In this document: positions 58,466-64,000 of the stretch, in pieces
How positions within the stretch are numbered: the first letter of the stretch is position 1
Layout of the letters: each line of letters opens with the position of its first letter
Source of the DNA: Carcharhinus longimanus
Lineage: Eukaryota
Assembly (NCBI GenBank): GCA_030264375.1
Contig: JASCQW010000132.1
Span: 89,524,180-89,588,179, forward strand
DNA: 64,000 bases
Direction of reading: 5' to 3'
Notes under the pieces: generated by a model
What the model saw: the letters and a program-made list of their open reading frames with translations, nothing else
The model's database searches: none
Told to the model about the DNA's origin: nothing
Program-made: the position numbers and the translations under genes

Positions 58466-59709
58466 TTAGTGCACCCTTGACACTGGTTGTCCTGAAATTA
58501 ACTTCAGCTCATGAAAACAGGTGGGTGGTAACAGATGAGCTACCTTCAATGGCTTTGACCAATAGGAAAATTGGCCAGGATATAAAACTGACAGCCGATC
58601 CATCACTGCCCATTCATGCGTCCCATCCAAAGTTGAATTCCATCCTCCATATCAAGGACGAGTGCTGTCCGAGTGCATCGAAGAGCTGCTCCAGCACCTC
58701 CAAACAAGGCCCAGGAGAGGTGAGGGGATGGTTATAGACAGTTCCAAAAATCAGGGCTTGTGGACTGGATTGCGGTAGCCAGCAGGCTTTAAAACTAAAG
58801 CCCTGTCCTTAGAGGAACAAGGTCAGCTAAAGGTCTGGGGGATCCCTTAGGACAAGGGTGACTTACCCTCTTCAAAATGGCAAATGAAAACTATGGCGGC
58901 AGGAAGAAAAATATACCAAGCATCATGTCAACCATTCACTGTTCATTTAAAATCGCTAACTGGATTTTCTTTCCACGACTGATGTCCACTGTTTATTCTA
59001 AACATATGATTTATCTTTGTTCTGAGTGCATTTGATTTATTTATAAAATGTATCTTATTTTCCTCTAATGATATATGTTACAAAAGTCAAGTGCACTGTT
59101 TGTTTGCAGTTGTCTGTAATACTTCTACATGTGTGTGCCTCAACCGTAAACTGATGTAAATCTATACATGGGAATTGGAACATAGTGTAACTGTGAGGCA
59201 GCAGATAGGATTTACTCAACAAGTATTTCACACTTCTATTATTGGCTGGATTGAAAAGTTTTATTATGTTCACTGCTTCACTTCATTAAAAAAAACTATT
59301 TTAATTAACTGCACTTTAAAACAGTATTCAACTGTTTATTTGATGGGATTTTTAAAAAACTCTCAGTAAAATATAATGACCAAATTAGATTAGGTTCTGA
59401 ATTATTGGTTACCATCTTGAGATAATGCAACAAGTTAACAAGTGAAGTAGTCATGTTGACAATTGGGTTCATGAATACAAACAGAATGCAATGAAGGAAG
59501 GTCCCAGGATGCCTTATTGGTGAATAATAAATAGTTGATGTCAGTTGGGACAGCAATGACGGCACCATAATTACCCCAGTAACCTTTGGGCATAGCGAAT
59601 CAAAAACATTAAGAGACCTGCTGGTGACTGATACTTACTTCTGCTAGTTTAGAAAGTTTACTGGCTGTAGGATAGCAAGTAGGGTCAGGATGGGGTCAAA
59701 CTTGGTACT

Positions 59710-59928
59710 AGGCAGTGGAGAAGGCATCGGACAAACCTTTGCATCCTCCTCGAAGCCAGCCCCACGCGCATTCAGGCAAAACCACTCGGTTGGACTGGAT
59801 ACGGTGTCTGGAAGGCTGAAAACCATCTCTCCCACCAAGTATTGCTTTCTCAACTTTCAAATAGCAAGTGTTCCAGGGGAGGACAAAGAAAGTGCTGCAA
59901 AGACACTCTGAAACTCTTCTTGAAGGAT
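59710..59928 (+). mobile_element. RTE (BovB-like) C-terminal fragment
   Basis: WRRHRTNLCILLEA...LGWTGYGVWKAENHLSHQVLLSQLSNSKCSRGGQRKCCKDTLK is like RTE LRWAGHVVRM...RGGQRKRFKDTLK. Confidence 0.8.
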
Positions 59929-59959
59929 GGTTCAAAATGGTGGCCAGTTGTCATCTCTC

Positions 59960-60185
59960 CTCCTCCTGCCCAAAATGAATCACTTCTACACTTCACTACA
60001 TTAAATTTTATCTGCTACATTTCACCAGCCTGTCTATATCCTCTTGACATCTCTCACTATCCTCCTCATGGTCACGATATTTCTAAGTCTTATCTTCATA
60101 TTTTGAAATTGTGCTCTGTATGCCCAGGTCTGGGTTATTAATATAAATCAAGAAAAGAAATGGGTCCTCTATATACCATCCCCTA
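59960..60185 (-). mobile_element. CR1 RT fragment
   Basis: Parallels 26900-27120: attttgaaattgtgctctgtatgcccaggtctgggttattaatataaatcaagaaaag. Confidence 0.7.
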
Positions 60186-60337
60186 GCGAGAAGAAGGAAC
60201 ACAGTGATCGGCTGAAGTTTTCTTTTCTTTTTCTGCTTGGTCTAAGTCAGAGTTTGTAATAGTTTAGTTATATCGGATGCATAGCCCTGTAATTGTCACA
60301 GTTTGCTAAACATACAGTAAGAACTTGTAATTATATG

Positions 60338-60560
60338 ATGATGTGGAGATGCCAGCATTGGACTGCAGTGGGCACAGTAAGCAGTCTTATAACACCAAGT
60401 TAAAGCCCAACATGTTTATTTGGAATTACAAGGTGCTCCTTCTATCAAGTGAGTGGACATGTGGGTTCACAAACGCTCACCTGAGAAAGAGCATCTCTCC
60501 GAAAGCTTGTGATTCCAAATAAACGTGTTGGACTTTAACCTGGTGTTGTGAGACTTCTTA
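60338..60560. mobile_element. Family-A PLE fold-back insertion with a perfect 13-bp TSD
   Basis: ttgtaattatatg at 60325-60337 and 60561-60573; minus arm with tail 60338-60455; plus arm 60476-60560; both hammerheads damaged. Confidence 0.9.
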
Positions 60561-60762
60561 TTGTAATTATATGGCACATTTAATACAATAAAATGTCCAA
60601 TCACACTTCCCAGCAGCATTATGAAACAGTGTGTCACTGAGCCAGATGAGGAGATATAGGCCTGGATTTTCATTACTGAGGCGAGTAGCAGGAGTCAGGA
60701 AAAGTCCCAGCTCACACTGCCCATCTCAGGAGAACGTGCCTAACATGAAGACCAGAAATAAT

Positions 60763-60889
60763 GGGTGGGATTTTCTGGCCGCACTCACCACAATACCCAA
60801 AAATCCCACTCAAGGTCGACGGAACTTTGCCTGGTCCGTATCCTGCCCGCTAAGATTCCCGAGGTGCTCAGAATGGGAAAATTCCACTC
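60763..60889. mobile_element. About 125-bp Harbinger-type MITE with a 3-bp TSD (aat)
   Basis: TIRs gggtgggattttc / gaaaattccactc; aat on both flanks; opposite orientation to 57967. Confidence 0.8.
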
Positions 60890-61104
60890 AATAAGTTTCC
60901 ATTGATGTGCTGCATACATTAAGTAGAAGTCAGGTACCAGTTCTCAATTTTTTGAATTGAGTGTTGAATGCATTAACTGCTAATAATTATAGGCAGGGTA
61001 ACAGTTTGCAGCAAGCTACAAGCAGGGATGGAGGCAGTCCTGACTCCCTTTGTGAGTAAATGTACCAACCGTTGTGGTTCTTGGCTGAGCAGAACAGAAA
61101 CAAA

Positions 61105-61330
61105 AACAGCAAAAGCAAAATACTGCAGATGCTGGAAATCCAAAACAAAAACCCCCTCCAGAATGTTGGAAACCGTCAACAGGTTGGTAGCAACTGTGCT
61201 AAGAGAAATGGAGCTCACATTTCAAGTCAATAGCTTTTCGGAACTGGAAGATGGTAATGATAAACAACTTAAGTCAGCCGGAAAAAAAGGGACAAAGAAC
61301 CAAAGGAAAAGGTCTGTATTGAGGTGCAGG
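61105..61330 (-). mobile_element. Family-B PLE-like 3' fragment
   Basis: aaaagcaaaatactgcagatgctggaaatc...gagctcacatttcaagtcaatagcttttcggaactgg...aaaggaaaaggtctgt. Confidence 0.75.
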
Positions 61331-61370
61331 ACATGAATAAAAAAATGGCAACAACGTGCAGATCCTTGTT

Positions 61371-61720
61371 TTCACGTTCTTCATATCTGCTGGGTTTCCG
61401 CTGGGTGCTCCAGTTTCCTCCCACAGACTGAAACATATGCTGGTTAGGTGAATTGGCCATGCTAAATTCTCCCTCCGTGTACCCGAACAGGTNNNNNNNN
61501 NNNNNNNNNNNNNNNNNNNNNNNNNNNNNNNNNNNNNNNNNNNNNNNNNNNNNNNNNNNNNNNNNNNNNNNNNNNNNNNNNNNNNNNNNNNNGATCTGCC
61601 ATGCTAAATTCTCCCTCCGTGTACCCGAACAGGTGCCAGATTGTGGCGACTAGGCAATTTTCACAGTAATTTCATTGCAGTGTTAATGAAAGCCAACTAA
61701 TAAATAAACTTTATAAACTT
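61371..61720 (+). mobile_element. Alternative-tail V-SINE, 5'-truncated, spanning an N gap
   Basis: ggccatgctaaattctccctccgtgtacccgaacaggtgccagattgtggcgactagg...ctaataaataaacttt. Confidence 0.88.
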
Positions 61721-61779
61721 CTCCTTATTTTTCATTAGCAATTGTGTAGAATAATGCACACATGGTAATAATACAGCTC

Positions 61780-62067
61780 TAGAATCTCTACAGTAGAGCC
61801 GGAGGCCATTTGGTCCATCGCATCTGTTTTGACCACAATCCCACCCAGGCCCTATTCCCATAACCCTCATTTACCCTGCTAATCCCCCTGACATTAGGGT
61901 CAATTTAGTGCAGCCAGTCAACCTAACCTGTACGTCTTCAGACTGTGGGTGGAAACCCATGCAGACATGAGGAGAAAGTGCAAACTCCACACACACAGTG
62001 ACCCGAGGTCGGAATTGAACCTGGGTCTTTGGTGCTGCGAGGCAACAGTGCTAACACTGTGCCACCC
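61780..62067 (-). mobile_element. HE1-type V-SINE
   Basis: tagaatctctacagtagagccggaggccatttgg...cccacccaggccctattcccataacc...gaattgaacctgggtc...cactgtgccacc. Confidence 0.92.
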
Positions 62068-64000
62068 TATGGTTAGAAAATAGCAATTCCTCTAACTCAG
62101 TGAGCAATGCCACCAAGTATTATTATTACTAATTATAATTATAATTTATACATGGGCCCTACAAATCAACAAACAATTCATTTCTAATTGTAGTTAATTC
62201 AACCAACTTTACATTGACTACCAAAGGATCAATCTACATAAATCGGTTATCTGTATATCGCTTTTAAAGATCTGGCACAATGCCTGTAATGGTCTGTTTC
62301 TAAACTTCTATGATTTAAAAGTTTGAGCTGGCTGAGTATTATTTGCTGTTAAATCTATTTAACACAGCCTGGAACACTCTCACCTGATTTAAGAGAAATC
62401 CAATTTGAAAACCCTTTTACAATGCTTCACTGCCACAAAGCTGTATTTTAGTTTGAACGAATTGTACAATTAAGTTTCCACTGTTGAAGCCTTGTGTTTG
62501 CATTTCTAACATCACCATTTTGGTTTAAACATTTCACACCTGTGTCAAATTCTGTGAATTAACCAGACGTAAACCAGCTGGAACACAGTGGGAGTTCAGC
62601 TGAGTGGTAACATTATCTGCAATTAACATAGAAAGAAATCAACAACTCCCAGTCAACAAGAGGCCTCACCAGCAGCTGCTACTGATCATCTCCAATCAAT
62701 GAAAGTGTTACATTTAAAAAAACAATGTGGTTGGAATTGTGTGTGTCAGGTTAGGATAGAAACAAAAATGGCTGATAAATTCCTGATAGTAAACATTCAC
62801 ACACAAGTCATGGTCATTTGGGAGAGGTAATAGAGTGTGACTGAAGGCTGTGGAGCTGTCTGCTTGCAAAATGTCTGCACTTCCACGAGAGGAGAGAAGA
62901 CAGTCGAATCTGGCACCAACCACCACTTAAAGCTACTGTTTTAAAATCCAGTTAAACAAGAGGCAGACCAGACTCTTTGGAAGGGAAAATATGGAGAGCA
63001 ACGCCCTGGAAATTTGAAGATAACCCACAACGAGCTCTTACTGCAAGGGAATAATAGTTTGTTATTGGTCAAAGGACAGCGGTAGTTGTCAGTACTGTTC
63101 AAATAGCAACTCATGGATTTATTGTTGCCACGAGCTGCTTGTTGTTGTGGTATGTTATTGGTACTGCTGTATTTAAATGACATGTTTGGTGTTGATATTG
63201 GTGTAATGTACTTTTGTATTTGTAATTGTTTTGATAATAAAATAGTTCAGGGCTGGTTTAAAAACACAAGAGGCAGGATATTTTCAATGTTTAGTAAGAG
63301 GTAGAGAACAATGTCAATGTTTGTCATGAGGTAGTTCACTTGGTATGAATGCTTCATCTAATAATGGACAGATGACAGAGTATTTGCCTCAGCTTTCCAT
63401 TAACACCAGCGCTTTAACCCTTGAATAAATTGCTGCACTCAGGGTAATCACTAGCCAGGTTTATTTCAGAAAGTGGAATAAGTAGGTCAGAGTTTAGATG
63501 TCAAAGGAAGTTTCTCTGCCCAATTCTCCTTTATTTCCCTTCACTACACTATCCAAATTCAAGTGATCATGCCAAATAAAAGGCCAACCCATAAAGTTTA
63601 ATTCCACATACCTGTCATTGCCTGCGTGGTAAACATAATTGCAAAGAAGTTATAAAGTAAAGATGTTGAATATCATGGCTAAAATGTATTAAAGTTGTGA
63701 GTTTGTTATTGAAATCAGTTTAGTTTGGCACAATGCCTGATATTCACATTCTTTTGTAATATTTTCTCATTAGCAAAAATGAATGATGTACATCAAAATA
63801 CCTGTCAAGTTATGAATATCAAAAATGTAAATAAAATTCTGGGTAGAGGCTCAAAACTAAAATAAAAGCAAATGTTCCTTTAGGCCTCCCAGGAGGCAGA
63901 GATCTTGAACATGTCCGAACATAATCAAAATACAGGCAAATCCAGCTTTTGCTGGTTCTTGACAGATACTATGTTGTTTGAAAAACATGACAACGCTGCA

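Noticed and set aside
61456-61634. Direct repeat gccatgctaaattctccctccgtgtacccgaacaggt on both sides of a 100-N gap
   Set aside because: Most likely overlapping contig ends (assembly artefact), not a real duplication.

Overview
This 64-kb window is non-coding, repeat-rich vertebrate DNA from a gapped draft assembly (12 N-runs). The repeat inventory points to a cartilaginous fish, most likely a shark (inference). It includes about 20 HE1-type V-SINEs, Deu-domain (SacSINE1-like) SINEs, CR1, L2, RTE and Rex1/Babar LINE fragments, Penelope-like elements (PLEs) and PIF/Harbinger-type MITEs. I found no host protein-coding exon, rRNA, tRNA gene or CRISPR array. Every ORF I could recognise derives from a transposon. 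Several repeat-free islands look like conserved non-coding enhancers, so this is probably a large intron or gene desert (untested). The most notable signal is three separate repeat families that each carry a minimal type-I hammerhead ribozyme core (CUGANGA...GAAA with a palindromic stem III). They often occur as inverted fold-back pairs. Family A shows a graded series of TSD-flanked insertions anchored on the same 3' tail, down to a 34-bp tail-only insert. A second signal is a V-SINE family that shares the HE1 head but has a different tail resembling the local Rex1/Babar 3' end. Family names come from recalled consensus sequences, not database searches, and boundaries are approximate to about 10-20 bp unless a TSD is quoted.
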